Shown in pieces: positions 44,506 through 54,644 of a stretch of DNA of 64,000 nucleotides (positions are counted from its first letter, which is position 1; each line of letters starts with the position of its first letter). A program made the translations under genes and the position numbers. Below the pieces are notes generated by a model. The model saw only the letters and a program-made list of their open reading frames with translations, was not told the origin of the DNA and made no database searches. Location: assembly GCA_963739045.1 (NCBI GenBank), contig CAVTYY010000011.1, forward strand, positions 76,685-140,684, given 5' to 3'. This DNA comes from an uncultured Bacillaceae bacterium (lineage in GTDB: Bacteria > Bacillota > Bacilli > Bacillales > Halobacillaceae).

Positions 44506-45546
44506 TTAGCTGATGGTTTGAATAATTTCTTTACTTAACTGCTCTAATGGTAAAACTTGGTCGGCTAACCCTGTTTTAATGATCGACTTTGGCATTCCGA
44601 ACACAATACAGGATTCTTGGGCTTCTGCAATCGCATACGTTTGAGGACATGCATCCTTCAGTTGAATGAGACCCTCCATCCCATCTGCACCCATCCCCGT
44701 CATAATAACTGCTATGGTCCGGATTTGCTGTAAAGCAGCTAAAGAAGAGAGCATCCGATTCACAGCTGGTCTATGGCCATTTACAGCGTCCGATTGGTCG
44801 AGTTCAACGCCTAGTTTATTGCCCTTAGAAACAATCTTCATATGAAAATCCCCTGGTGCAATATAAGCGGTACCGCCTGTTAATTCTTCTTGGTCTTCTG
44901 CTTCTTTAACGGTTATTAGCGAAAGTTTGTTTAACCGGGCTGCTAATGACCGGGTAAACCCTCGAGGCATATGCTGAACAATCACAATCGGCAAAGGGAA
45001 GTCGGCCGGAAGATCAGTTAATACTTTTTGTAAGGCCCTCGGTCCCCCTGTGGAAGTGCCGATAGCTACTACCATTGGCTGCTGATTATGAGAGCGGAGG
45101 GGTTTATAGCTGGCTGGTGGAGCTTTCAAAGGAAAAGCAGCAACTTTTGCCCCGCTTGCCGCAATAACTTTACGGATAATATGCCGGGATACTTTCTCCA
45201 TATCAAGAGAAATGGATCCCGATGGCTTTTCAATAAAATCCACTGCTCCCAAATGCAATGCCTGAAATGTACTCTCTGCGCTTTGACTTGTTAAACTTGA
45301 AACCATCACTACAGGCAGGGGACATTTTTCCATAATTTCCCTCAATGTTTGCAGGCCGTCTAGTTTAGGCATTTCTATGTCCATTGTAATTACATCAGGG
45401 GTCAGCGTCGTAAGTTTATGTAAACAATCAAGGCCGTTTCTTGCGGTGCCGATCACCTCTATTCGGAAGTCCTTATTTAAAATATCCGAAATCATCTTTC
45501 TCATAAATGCTGAATCATCTACAACTAAAACTTGCACTTTATTCAT
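44506..45546 (-). CDS. cheB: Chemotaxis response regulator protein-glutamate methylesterase CheB
   Basis: 346 aa. Receiver domain (VLVVDDSAFMR) plus esterase domain (GTSTGGPRAL). Confidence 0.95.
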   Translation of the reverse strand: MNKVQVLVVDDSAFMRKMISDILNKDFRIEVIGTARNGLDCLHKLTTLTPDVITMDIEMPKLDGLQTLREIMEKCPLPVVMVSSLTSQSAESTFQALHLGAVDFIEKPSGSISLDMEKVSRHIIRKVIAASGAKVAAFPLKAPPASYKPLRSHNQQPMVVAIGTSTGGPRALQKVLTDLPADFPLPIVIVQHMPRGFTRSLAARLNKLSLITVKEAEDQEELTGGTAYIAPGDFHMKIVSKGNKLGVELDQSDAVNGHRPAVNRMLSSLAALQQIRTIAVIMTGMGADGMEGLIQLKDACPQTYAIAEAQESCIVFGMPKSIIKTGLADQVLPLEQLSKEIIQTIS

Positions 45547-45551
45547 GAGGA

Positions 45552-46415
45552 CTACCTTTCTAATACAAATCTTTTAAGTTTAGTTAGAAACGAACTTTCC
45601 TTTCGTTCCTTTCCTTCCATTCGATCGACAACGTAGCGTCTGGCTATTCCGGCAACTGCCGCGCTGGCTTTGCTCTTAGGACTATCAATGCAGAAAGGTA
45701 CCTGTTTTGCCACTGCTTGCATCACGCTTCGGTCTTCAGGAATAACGCCTAATGAATGAATCGTCTTACTTAGAAAATGGTCTGTAACTTTTTCAAGTCT
45801 TTGAAAAGCCTTTTCTCCAGAGTGAACATTCAACGCCCGGTTGAGGAGTAGATAGATTGGTAAGTTCTTATCTTTCGTTACTAGATGTTTAATCATCGAA
45901 TAGGCGTCCGTAATGGAGGTCGGCTCTGGAGTTGTCACCACGACTGCCTCATCTGCTGCCGAAATGAAACTCAAACCGTCTGCAGATACTCCTGCGCCCA
46001 TATCAAACAACATGTAATCATAAGCATCGGCAAGTTGGGAAAAATGGGATTGGAAATACTCAAATTTACTCTCATCCAATTGAAAAAGATTCGCTAAACC
46101 AGCTCCCCCAGCAATATAAGATAAGTCATTTGGTCCTAGTTCAATAATATCATGAATGGTAAGGTCATTTGTAAATAGATCAACAATGGAATACCGAGGA
46201 GAAACTCCGAGCAAAATATCGATATTTCCCATCCCAATATCCAGATCAAAGATTAGGACTTTCTTATTTAATTGCACTAAATGTAAAGCAAAATTAATGG
46301 TAAAATTCGATTTCCCTACACCGCCTTTCCCGCTTGCGATCGCTATGGTCTTTCCTGCTGCGGGAGTGTCACGGATTTTCAGTCTGTTACGAAGCTGTTC
46401 TGCTTGATCTTTCAT
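45552..46415 (-). CDS. flhG: MinD/ParA-type ATPase FlhG (YlxH)
   Basis: 287 aa. Deviant Walker A SGKGGVGKS. Located downstream of flhF. Confidence 0.93.
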   Translation of the reverse strand: MKDQAEQLRNRLKIRDTPAAGKTIAIASGKGGVGKSNFTINFALHLVQLNKKVLIFDLDIGMGNIDILLGVSPRYSIVDLFTNDLTIHDIIELGPNDLSYIAGGAGLANLFQLDESKFEYFQSHFSQLADAYDYMLFDMGAGVSADGLSFISAADEAVVVTTPEPTSITDAYSMIKHLVTKDKNLPIYLLLNRALNVHSGEKAFQRLEKVTDHFLSKTIHSLGVIPEDRSVMQAVAKQVPFCIDSPKSKASAAVAGIARRYVVDRMEGKERKESSFLTKLKRFVLER

Positions 46416-47512
46416 TCGAAGTCCTCCATAAGCAGGGAAGCAAGTTTATTAGAAGTACACTTGACAATATCATCCGGGACGTTCTGGCCGTTTGTTAAAT
46501 AAGTAATTCCCATTTCATACTGCCTCGCTATGTTGATCGCAGGTCCGAAAACAGAAGCTTCATCCGTTTTGGTAAATATTAATTGGTGAACAGGTATTTC
46601 TTTGAAATTTCGAATAATTTCCTTCATGTCTTTTTCTTTTGAAGTTAAAGAGAGCACCAGATGCGTAGAAGTGTTTTCATTAAAATCCATCGATTCTTTT
46701 AATTCCTGTACGTAAAAGATTTCTTTGAAATTTCTGCCTGCTGTATCAACCAGAATGAGGTCATACTCTGCAAAATTCTCTCTAGCTGCTATGTACTCTT
46801 CAAGGTTATAAGCAACCTCAAAAGGAATATCTAGAATTTTGGCGTACGTTCTTAATTGGTCAATGGCAGCGATTCGATACGTATCGATTGTAATAAGCGC
46901 TACTTTTAAATCTCTATTCAGCATGGCGTCTGCTGCTATTTTAGCAATCGTGGTAGTTTTTCCTACTCCTGTTGGACCGACTAAATGGACAAATTGTTTT
47001 GAATAAAGTTCAGGGAATTTAACAGTCTTTCCTAATTTTTCACTGAGCATATTTTCGATTTCTGGTTTGGAAGACGTCATGGAATCCAAGCTTAATTGAA
47101 TTCCTTCTACCATTGTTGTAAAATCGTGCGCCAATTCTTTATCTAACTCCTGATTTAATAAATGTTCGTACAGATTTTGGCAGGGTTCATGAAATAATGG
47201 CTGCTGCCTCTGTTCCTGCATGAGTGTTTTCAAATGCTTTAATTCTTTTAGAACTTCTTCTGAATCGGAAGCAGGGGGGGAAAGTTCAGGGAGCCGGTTT
47301 CTCCTGGTAAAATGCTGATCCCTTTCTTTGCCACGGCGGACGGCCGGGTCCAAAGCAGCAATGACCTCGATGTTAATTTTTTTAAACATCCCGAGAAAAC
47401 CGCCAGTCTTCACATTTTTTGAATTCAAAATTACGGCATCTGCTCCCAGTTCCTGTTTTACCTTTTTCATAGCTTCCGGCATCGTTGGTGCATTAAACTT
47501 CTTTATCTTCAT
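46412..47512 (-). CDS. flhF: SRP-type GTPase FlhF
   Basis: 366 aa. GPTGVGKTTTIAK and DTAGR motifs. Confidence 0.94.
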   Translation of the reverse strand: MKIKKFNAPTMPEAMKKVKQELGADAVILNSKNVKTGGFLGMFKKINIEVIAALDPAVRRGKERDQHFTRRNRLPELSPPASDSEEVLKELKHLKTLMQEQRQQPLFHEPCQNLYEHLLNQELDKELAHDFTTMVEGIQLSLDSMTSSKPEIENMLSEKLGKTVKFPELYSKQFVHLVGPTGVGKTTTIAKIAADAMLNRDLKVALITIDTYRIAAIDQLRTYAKILDIPFEVAYNLEEYIAARENFAEYDLILVDTAGRNFKEIFYVQELKESMDFNENTSTHLVLSLTSKEKDMKEIIRNFKEIPVHQLIFTKTDEASVFGPAINIARQYEMGITYLTNGQNVPDDIVKCTSNKLASLLMEDFE

Positions 47513-49542
47513 GCCACATTCACCACCCCTACACTTTGTACCTCAACACTTGGTTCAAGCTCATTGTAAGATAAAACGACTACTAGCGGTAAAAAACGGT
47601 CTAATAGTTGTTTTAAATACATTCGGACTGCTGGCGAGCAGAGGAGGATGGCTGTTTCTTCCTGAAGTGACATTTGCTCTGCCTGCTCTGCAACTGCATT
47701 TATGATCGTTTGCTGAGAATCCGGATCTAAAGCTAAATAGCTTCCATGTTCTGTCTGCTGAATATGATCTGCTAATATCTTTTCTATCCGGCCGGATACT
47801 GTGATCACTTTTATACTGTCGTCAGCTGAGCGATATTGACTGGTAATTTGAGCTGCAAGCGCCTGCCTGCTGTATTCAGCTAGTAGGTCGGTATCGTTGG
47901 TCATCCGACCAAAGTCAGCCAGCGTTTCAAAAATCACGGGCAGATTTTTTACTGATATATTTTCCCGCAGGAGCTTGGCAAGAACTTTTTGAATATCACC
48001 AATCGATAAAGGATCAGGAGTAACTTCATCTGCCAGAATCGGATAGGATTCCTTCAGATGATCAATTAGCTGCTGTGTTTCCTGACGTCCTAATAATTGA
48101 TGAGCGTGCTGTTTAATGACTTCAGTAATATGAGTAGAAACTACGGATGGTGGATCCACCACTGTATACCCCGTCAATTCTGCTTCATCCTTCAGATCCT
48201 CAGTAATCCATTTAGCAGGCAGCCCGAAAGCAGGCTCAGTGGTTTCAATGCCTTCAATTTCATCTTCAGCTCCTCCAGGACTCATGGCTAAATAGTGATC
48301 GAGCAGCAGCTCCCCATAGGCGACCTGATTCCCTTTTACTTTTAACCGGTATTCGTTAGCTCCCAGCTGAATGTTATCTCGAATTCGGACTACCGGAATG
48401 ACAATCCCCAGTTCGATAGCAAGCTGACGACGAATCATCACGATACGATCCAGCAAGTCTCCTCCTTGGTTCGTATCCGCAATTGGAATGAGGGCATAGC
48501 CAAATTCAAATTCAATGGGATCCATGCTGATTAAGCTCACCACATTCTCAGGAGACCTCATCTGATCACTTTCTTCTTGATCGGTTTCTTCAGGTTCTTC
48601 CACTTCCGGGATTCTTTCCTCCCGCGATAACCAGTATCCTCCAAAGAAAAGAATGGCAGCAATTAACGTTGTTAGAAAGAAAGGAATTGGCGTCAGACCC
48701 AGTAGGAAGATCGTAGCTCCCGCAATATACAAAAGCTTAGGATAACGAAGCAGCTGACTGGTAATATCCGTACTTAAATTCCCCTCTGATGCGACTCTCG
48801 TAACTACAATCCCTGTCGCAGTTGAAATGAGTAACGCCGGGATTTGACTGACGAGTCCGTCCCCCACTGTTAATCTCATATATGTATCGACAGCTTCATT
48901 AAATGACATCCCCATTTGAACCATTCCAATAATGAGTCCAAATATAATATTAATGAGCACAATGATGATTCCTGCAATCGCATCACCTTTAACAAATTTA
49001 CTGGCACCGTCCATTGCGCCATAAAAATCCGCTTCGTTCTCCACTTTTTCGCGACGTTCTTTGGCTTGTATTTCGTTAATCATCCCTGCGTTTAAATCAG
49101 CATCAATGCTCATTTGCTTCCCTGGCATAGCATCGAGGGTGAATCTGGCTGCAACTTCAGATACTCTTTCTGCACCTTTGGTAATAACCAGAAACTGAAT
49201 AATGATTAAAATGATAAAGACAACAAATCCAACTAGTGGATTACCGCCGGTTACAAAAGAACCGAACGTCGCAACCACACCACCCGCCTGCGCATCAGAT
49301 AAAATGGAACGAGTTGTCGATACATTCAATCCAAGTCTAAATAAAGTTAACAATAGTAACAAAGAAGGAAAGATGGCGAATTGCAGGGCTTCATCCATAT
49401 TCATGGAGACTAAAATCACAATTAAAGCCAAGGTAATATTAATTAAGATGAAAAAACTGAGCAGCCAGCCAGGTAAAGGAATGACAAGCATAACGATGAT
49501 TAATATAACTCCTAATATGACTGATAGGTCTTTTGCGGACAT
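47509..49542 (-). CDS. flhA: Flagellar export apparatus protein FlhA
   Basis: FVKGDAIAGIII motif. ATG at 49542 (MSAKDL) lies 8 nt after AAAGGAG. The ORF-track GTG lies inside the SD sequence. Confidence 0.96.
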   Translation of the reverse strand: MSAKDLSVILGVILIIVMLVIPLPGWLLSFFILINITLALIVILVSMNMDEALQFAIFPSLLLLLTLFRLGLNVSTTRSILSDAQAGGVVATFGSFVTGGNPLVGFVVFIILIIIQFLVITKGAERVSEVAARFTLDAMPGKQMSIDADLNAGMINEIQAKERREKVENEADFYGAMDGASKFVKGDAIAGIIIVLINIIFGLIIGMVQMGMSFNEAVDTYMRLTVGDGLVSQIPALLISTATGIVVTRVASEGNLSTDITSQLLRYPKLLYIAGATIFLLGLTPIPFFLTTLIAAILFFGGYWLSREERIPEVEEPEETDQEESDQMRSPENVVSLISMDPIEFEFGYALIPIADTNQGGDLLDRIVMIRRQLAIELGIVIPVVRIRDNIQLGANEYRLKVKGNQVAYGELLLDHYLAMSPGGAEDEIEGIETTEPAFGLPAKWITEDLKDEAELTGYTVVDPPSVVSTHITEVIKQHAHQLLGRQETQQLIDHLKESYPILADEVTPDPLSIGDIQKVLAKLLRENISVKNLPVIFETLADFGRMTNDTDLLAEYSRQALAAQITSQYRSADDSIKVITVSGRIEKILADHIQQTEHGSYLALDPDSQQTIINAVAEQAEQMSLQEETAILLCSPAVRMYLKQLLDRFLPLVVVLSYNELEPSVEVQSVGVVNVA

Positions 49543-49560
49543 GCGCCTCACTCCTTTTGG

Positions 49561-50640
49561 CTACGCTTTTTTCTGTAATTGATAGACATAAGCAAGAATT
49601 TCTGCAACGGCTTTGTAAAATTGTTCATCTATAGACTGATCAATCTCTGAGTGCTGATACAATGCTCTTGCTAAAGGTCGATTTTCCACAGTTATGACGT
49701 CGTGCATTTTGGCAGTTTCTTTAATCTTTAATGCGAGAAAATCTACACCTTTAGCAACAACATAAGGAGCATCGGATTTATCTTCATCATACTTCACAGC
49801 GATTGCATAATGGGTCGGATTAGTAATGACTACATCGGCGTTCGGAACTTCACTCATCATTCTGGATGCGGACATCTGTCTTTGCTTTTCTTTAATTTTT
49901 GATTTAATTTGTGGATCGCCTTCCATGTTCTTATGCTCATCTTTCACATCTTGCTTGGACATGCGAATATTTTTTTCATGATCAAACCTTTGATAAGAAT
50001 AATCCAGTACAGAAAGCAGCAGCAAAGCGAGCGCAGAAGCAAGTCCCATAATGACCGCTGTCCGTCCAAAGAAAGCCAATGCACCTTCAACTGATGTTTG
50101 GGAAACCATCAGCATATGATCTTTGTTCAGCCAGATAATTGAAAAAGTAATTGTTCCAATCAATGAAATTTTCAGCAATGATTTTACTAGTTCTACCAGG
50201 GCCCGGACAGAAAAAATCTTTTTTGCGCCTTGGATAGGATCTAATTTTTTTAAGTCCATTTTTAAAGGTTCACCTGTGAACATTACTCCCACTTGGAGGA
50301 AATTCGACGTCAAACCAGCGATGATCGCTATTCCCATAAGTGGAATAACAACCTTACTTACCTCCAATAAGGTTTCGACAAATACCGTATAGACTTGATT
50401 TTCTGTTACTTCCCACGTGATATATTCCTGAAATGAATGCTGAAATATTCCTGTCAGCGTTTCTTTCAAACGTCCTCCCATGAGAAACAACAGGCCAAAT
50501 ACCATAAGCAGCAAAAAACCTGTATTCACGTCCTGACTCTTCGGCACCTGTCCCTTTTTTCTAGAATCCTGCCGTTTTTTTGGTGTCGCTTTTTCCGTTT
50601 TCTCATCAGCTGCAAAGTATTGCAGGTCTAGCTTCAGCAT
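49561..50640 (-). CDS. flhB: Flagellar export apparatus protein FlhB
   Basis: MLKLDLQYFA N-terminus and NPTH autocleavage site. ATG at 50640 follows GGAGG. Confidence 0.95.
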   Translation of the reverse strand: MLKLDLQYFAADEKTEKATPKKRQDSRKKGQVPKSQDVNTGFLLLMVFGLLFLMGGRLKETLTGIFQHSFQEYITWEVTENQVYTVFVETLLEVSKVVIPLMGIAIIAGLTSNFLQVGVMFTGEPLKMDLKKLDPIQGAKKIFSVRALVELVKSLLKISLIGTITFSIIWLNKDHMLMVSQTSVEGALAFFGRTAVIMGLASALALLLLSVLDYSYQRFDHEKNIRMSKQDVKDEHKNMEGDPQIKSKIKEKQRQMSASRMMSEVPNADVVITNPTHYAIAVKYDEDKSDAPYVVAKGVDFLALKIKETAKMHDVITVENRPLARALYQHSEIDQSIDEQFYKAVAEILAYVYQLQKKA

Positions 50641-50641
50641 T

Positions 50642-51421
50642 CTATCCGCCTCCAAAGATTTTCATGAGCCCTTCCATCGTCGTCAGCATCGTTTCGAATA
50701 AATTTTTTATAAGCATGATGTAAAAGGTCATCGCAATCACAAGAACAGATAAACCGATGAAAATTTTCAAAGGAAGACCTACTACAAAAACGTTTAATTG
50801 AGGGACTGTCCTCGCCACAATCCCAAGCGCTATATCTACGAGAAATAAACAGCCGACAATCGGAGATGCCATTAAAAATGCAATGACAAACATCTTATTA
50901 AAACTGTTTAAAATGTAATGAATCCAATTTCCATTTTCGATAGGAATGAATTGATCGAGGGGGATCAGCTGATAGCTGTAAAAGATTCCATCAATCATTA
51001 AGTGGTGACCGTTAACTGCTAAGATAAATAGTAATGTAAACATATAAAGATATTGACCAATTAATGGACTTTGTGCCCCTGTCTGGGGATCAATGACATT
51101 TGCAATTGCAAATCCCATTTGAAAGTCGATAAATCCGCCAGCTATCTGGATGGCTGCAAGGACTATATAAGCAAGCAGACCAATAGACAATCCAACTCCT
51201 GCTTCTTTCAGTAAGAGAAGGTAGTAATCAGCGTCTATCGATAATTCTGGCAAATCGATCGTAGAGTACATTAATAAAGCAAGAAAAAAACTAAAAGCTA
51301 TTTTATAACGGGTCGGAACATTCCGATAAGAAAATAAGGGCACACTTACGAAAAAAGAAGTCACACGAATCAAAATTAATAAGAAAGCCGGCAGATTGAC
51401 AAAATGAAAAGACTGAAGCAT
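50642..51421 (-). CDS. fliR: Flagellar export apparatus protein FliR
   Basis: 259-aa polytopic protein located between fliQ and flhB. Confidence 0.93.
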   Translation of the reverse strand: MLQSFHFVNLPAFLLILIRVTSFFVSVPLFSYRNVPTRYKIAFSFFLALLMYSTIDLPELSIDADYYLLLLKEAGVGLSIGLLAYIVLAAIQIAGGFIDFQMGFAIANVIDPQTGAQSPLIGQYLYMFTLLFILAVNGHHLMIDGIFYSYQLIPLDQFIPIENGNWIHYILNSFNKMFVIAFLMASPIVGCLFLVDIALGIVARTVPQLNVFVVGLPLKIFIGLSVLVIAMTFYIMLIKNLFETMLTTMEGLMKIFGGG

Positions 51422-51424
51422 CCG

Positions 51425-51694
51425 TTATCCTGCCAGCATATTCAAATTTTTAAAGATATCTGCGGCGAATTCCACCATGTTCGTCAGCATCCATGGCCCA
51501 AAAAAGATTAAACCTACCATGACGGCTACTATTTTCGGGATGAAGGCCAGTGTCTGTTCCTGTATTTGGGTCGTTGCCTGAAAAATACTAACTAACAAAC
51601 CAACTGCAAGAGCCAGGACGAGTAAAGGACCAGTTACGAGTAAGATTGTATAAATGCCTTCTTTTGCAAATGATATAACCAATTCTGAATTCAA
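51425..51694 (-). CDS. fliQ: Flagellar export apparatus protein FliQ
   Basis: 89 aa with two TM helices, in the conserved fliP-fliQ-fliR order. Confidence 0.94.
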   Translation of the reverse strand: MNSELVISFAKEGIYTILLVTGPLLVLALAVGLLVSIFQATTQIQEQTLAFIPKIVAVMVGLIFFGPWMLTNMVEFAADIFKNLNMLAG

Positions 51695-51712
51695 AAGATT
51701 GTCCTCCTCTGC

Positions 51713-52378
51713 TTAAAATCCTTCAAGCAGTGATTTAGTAATTAAGTACCAGCCATCCACCAATACAAACAATAGGATTTTAAATGGCAGGGAGATCATC
51801 ACTGGCGGCAGCATCATCATCCCCATGGACATTAACACGCTGGCAACTGCCATATCGATGACCAGGAAGGGAATGAAAATCATAAATCCCATTTGAAATG
51901 CCGTTTTTAACTCACTAATGGTATAGGCAGGGACTAAGGTAGTTAACGGAATGTCCTCCACTTGTTCCGGCCGTTCCATTTGAGAATAATTCATAAATAA
52001 AGCAAGGTCCTTCTGCCTTGTATGTTTCGCCATAAAATCTTTCATTGGATCGCTTGCCTTTTGATAAGCTTCATCCAAAGTGATTTCTTCATTAAATAAG
52101 GGAGTCAGCGCCTGTTCATTTACCTGTTGAAACGTGGGTGCCATTATAAAGAATGTCAAAAACAATGCGATCCCCACAAGCACCTGGTTAGGGGGCATTT
52201 GCTGAGTCGCAAGAGAGGTTCTGACAAAAGACAGAACAATGATAATCCTAGTAAAACAAGTCATCAAAATTAGGATGCTCGGTGCTAGAGATAAAACAGT
52301 CAGGAGAAGTAAAAGTTTCACCGAATTCGCGACATTTTCGGGATCAGAACTTGAAAACATATCAATAAAATCATTCAT
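51713..52378 (-). CDS. fliP: Flagellar export apparatus protein FliP
   Basis: 221 aa. FMIFIPFLVIDMAVASVLMSMGMMMLPP motif. Confidence 0.96.
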   Translation of the reverse strand: MNDFIDMFSSSDPENVANSVKLLLLLTVLSLAPSILILMTCFTRIIIVLSFVRTSLATQQMPPNQVLVGIALFLTFFIMAPTFQQVNEQALTPLFNEEITLDEAYQKASDPMKDFMAKHTRQKDLALFMNYSQMERPEQVEDIPLTTLVPAYTISELKTAFQMGFMIFIPFLVIDMAVASVLMSMGMMMLPPVMISLPFKILLFVLVDGWYLITKSLLEGF

Positions 52379-53063
52379 AATCCCGATCCTCCTTCTTCTT
52401 CTCCTTCTTCCATTCCTTACGTTTTTCTTTCATTTCATTTAACTGCTTTTCGAACATTTGCTGAAATTGAACCGTTGAGGATTGATCATTAGGCGGCCGT
52501 TCTTTTTTATTGAACTTCGCCAGCCACTTCTTCATGCCAAATACCTGGTCCAGATTTCCTTCTTCTTCTCTGTTTAATAAGTGTTCTTTTGTTTCCTCGT
52601 TGGTTATTTCTGTAATGATTTCCACCGAGTCCCCGACTCCCAGAATAAATACTTGCGAGCCGATTCTCACCGCCTGAATAGATCGGTTTGGCGCAAGGTT
52701 CATCCCACCGAGATTTTCCATTGTGCGATTTCTGTTCATTAATTTATTTTTTGAATTGAAAAACTTTAATAATCCATAAATAAGAGCCAAAATAAGAATT
52801 AACACGAAAACCAAACGAACAATACTCCAAATCAGGGGTGCCGATTGAGATTCACTTGAGGAAGAGGAGCTAATTACTCCTTCCTTTTTCTCATTTCCAT
52901 CTTCTTTTCCAGCATCGTCTGACTGAGAAGCACATCCATCAAGCTCTGGATTTTTCGTACAATCACTCACTGACGGACCGGCAGCCCAAACAGCAGAACT
53001 GCTCATAAAGAAGCTTAAAAATAGAAGCAGACATACAGTTGTTTTTCTAGTTGATTGAAACAT
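52371..53063 (-). CDS. fliZ: FliZ/FliO-like flagellar biosynthesis protein
   Basis: 230 aa. Signal peptide, one TM helix and a charged tail. Located between cheY and fliP as in B. subtilis. Confidence 0.8.
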   Translation of the reverse strand: MFQSTRKTTVCLLLFLSFFMSSSAVWAAGPSVSDCTKNPELDGCASQSDDAGKEDGNEKKEGVISSSSSSESQSAPLIWSIVRLVFVLILILALIYGLLKFFNSKNKLMNRNRTMENLGGMNLAPNRSIQAVRIGSQVFILGVGDSVEIITEITNEETKEHLLNREEEGNLDQVFGMKKWLAKFNKKERPPNDQSSTVQFQQMFEKQLNEMKEKRKEWKKEKKKEDRDYE

Positions 53064-53082
53064 AAGGATCCCTTCTCATTCG

Positions 53083-53445
53083 TTAGCTTAAAGCTTTTTG
53101 AATGGCTTCGATCACGCGATCTGCCTGAAACGGCTTGACAATAAAGTCTTTCGCGCCGGCTTGAATAGCATCGACGACCATCGCTTGCTGACCCATAGCA
53201 GAGCACATAATAACTTTCGCGTTCGGATTAATTTGCTTAATTTCCTTTAATGCTGTAATTCCATCCATTTCCGGCATGGTTATATCCATAGTCACTAAGT
53301 CTGGCTTGTGGTCTTTATACATCTCTACAGCTTTTTGTCCATCTGCTGCCTCGGCGGCAATTTCATAACCATTCTTCGTTAAAATATCCTTCACCATCAT
53401 TCTCATAAATGCTGCATCATCTACTATTAAGATTCGTTCTGCCAT
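53083..53445 (-). CDS. cheY: Chemotaxis response regulator CheY
   Basis: 120 aa. ILIVDDAAFMR and DLVTMDITMPEMDG motifs. Confidence 0.96.
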   Translation of the reverse strand: MAERILIVDDAAFMRMMVKDILTKNGYEIAAEAADGQKAVEMYKDHKPDLVTMDITMPEMDGITALKEIKQINPNAKVIMCSAMGQQAMVVDAIQAGAKDFIVKPFQADRVIEAIQKALS

Positions 53446-53465
53446 CCTGTTTCCTCCTCATGTAA

Positions 53466-54644
53466 TTAACGAAGTTTACTTAACCGGTCTTTAGGACTTG
53501 CAATATCCGTGACCCGAACACCGAAATTTTCATCGATGACTACGACTTCGCCTTTCGCCATTAATTTGTCATTCACATGGATATCAACCGGTTCTCCCGC
53601 CAGTTTGTCTAGCTCAACAACGGAGCCAGAGGTAATTTCTAATATTTCTCGAATAGTTCGCTTCGTACGTCCCAGTTCTACCGTAACCTTTAAGGGAATA
53701 TCCATCAGCATATCGAGGTTTTTTTGCTCGTGGTTATTCAGCTGTACAGGGTCAAAATCCTGAAATTGTGCAGACTGTACCTTTGAATTCTCCATCTCCT
53801 GTCCCTGTGAACCACCTACAAATTGCTGCTGAGGTTTATCCTTCTGCGGCTCGGCTTTAAGCTCAGAAGCTTCCTTATCCGGAGAAACGGAAGTGCCAGA
53901 ATCCGTAGATTTCTCCTTCACTGGCGGAGGTGTCTGTGACTTCGGTGCTTCCTTAATGTCATCTTCCTGCTCATCAGCAGGATTCATAAGTTCATCTACT
54001 AACTGCTTAGCAAATCGAATCGGTAGCAGCTGCATAATATTAGAATCTATTAAACTGCCGATTTTTAATTGAAAGGACACTTTCACTAGAATTTCATCGT
54101 CAGGAAGCTGTTCTGTTCCTTTATCTTCTTCTAAATTCAATACCTCTATGGAAGGAGGAGAAATATCCACTTTTTTATTAAAAATGGTAGACATGCTAGT
54201 CGCAGCGGAACCCATCATTTGGTTCATAGCTTCCTGGACAGCACTTAAATGAATTTCCTGTAAATCGTCTGCAGGAGAGACCCCGTCGCCTCCCAGCATA
54301 AGATCAGCAATGATCGCAGCATCCTGAGAACGGATTACCAGGACATTTTCTCCAAAGAAACCGTCCGTATAGGTAACCTGGACCGCTACATGTGGCTTTG
54401 GAAACTCATCTCTCAGTTTGGAGCGAGGCACGATCGAAATTTGTGGAGTAGTGATTTCGACTTTCTGATTCAGAAGGGAGGAAAGGGCGGTTGCAGAGCT
54501 ACCAAAAGAAATATTTCCAATCTCACCTAAAGCATCTTCCTCTAAACCGGACAGTTCCTCCTCGACAGGAAGATCATCTTCCTCTTCACTGCCATTCAAT
54601 AAAGCATCAATTTCATCTTGAGATAACATATCATCACTCATCAT
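53466..54644 (-). CDS. fliY: Flagellar motor switch phosphatase FliY (CheC-like plus FliN domains)
   Basis: 392 aa. N-terminal LSQDEIDALL, CheC-like EIGNISFGSSATALS and C-terminal FliN domain. Confidence 0.94.
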   Translation of the reverse strand: MMSDDMLSQDEIDALLNGSEEEDDLPVEEELSGLEEDALGEIGNISFGSSATALSSLLNQKVEITTPQISIVPRSKLRDEFPKPHVAVQVTYTDGFFGENVLVIRSQDAAIIADLMLGGDGVSPADDLQEIHLSAVQEAMNQMMGSAATSMSTIFNKKVDISPPSIEVLNLEEDKGTEQLPDDEILVKVSFQLKIGSLIDSNIMQLLPIRFAKQLVDELMNPADEQEDDIKEAPKSQTPPPVKEKSTDSGTSVSPDKEASELKAEPQKDKPQQQFVGGSQGQEMENSKVQSAQFQDFDPVQLNNHEQKNLDMLMDIPLKVTVELGRTKRTIREILEITSGSVVELDKLAGEPVDIHVNDKLMAKGEVVVIDENFGVRVTDIASPKDRLSKLR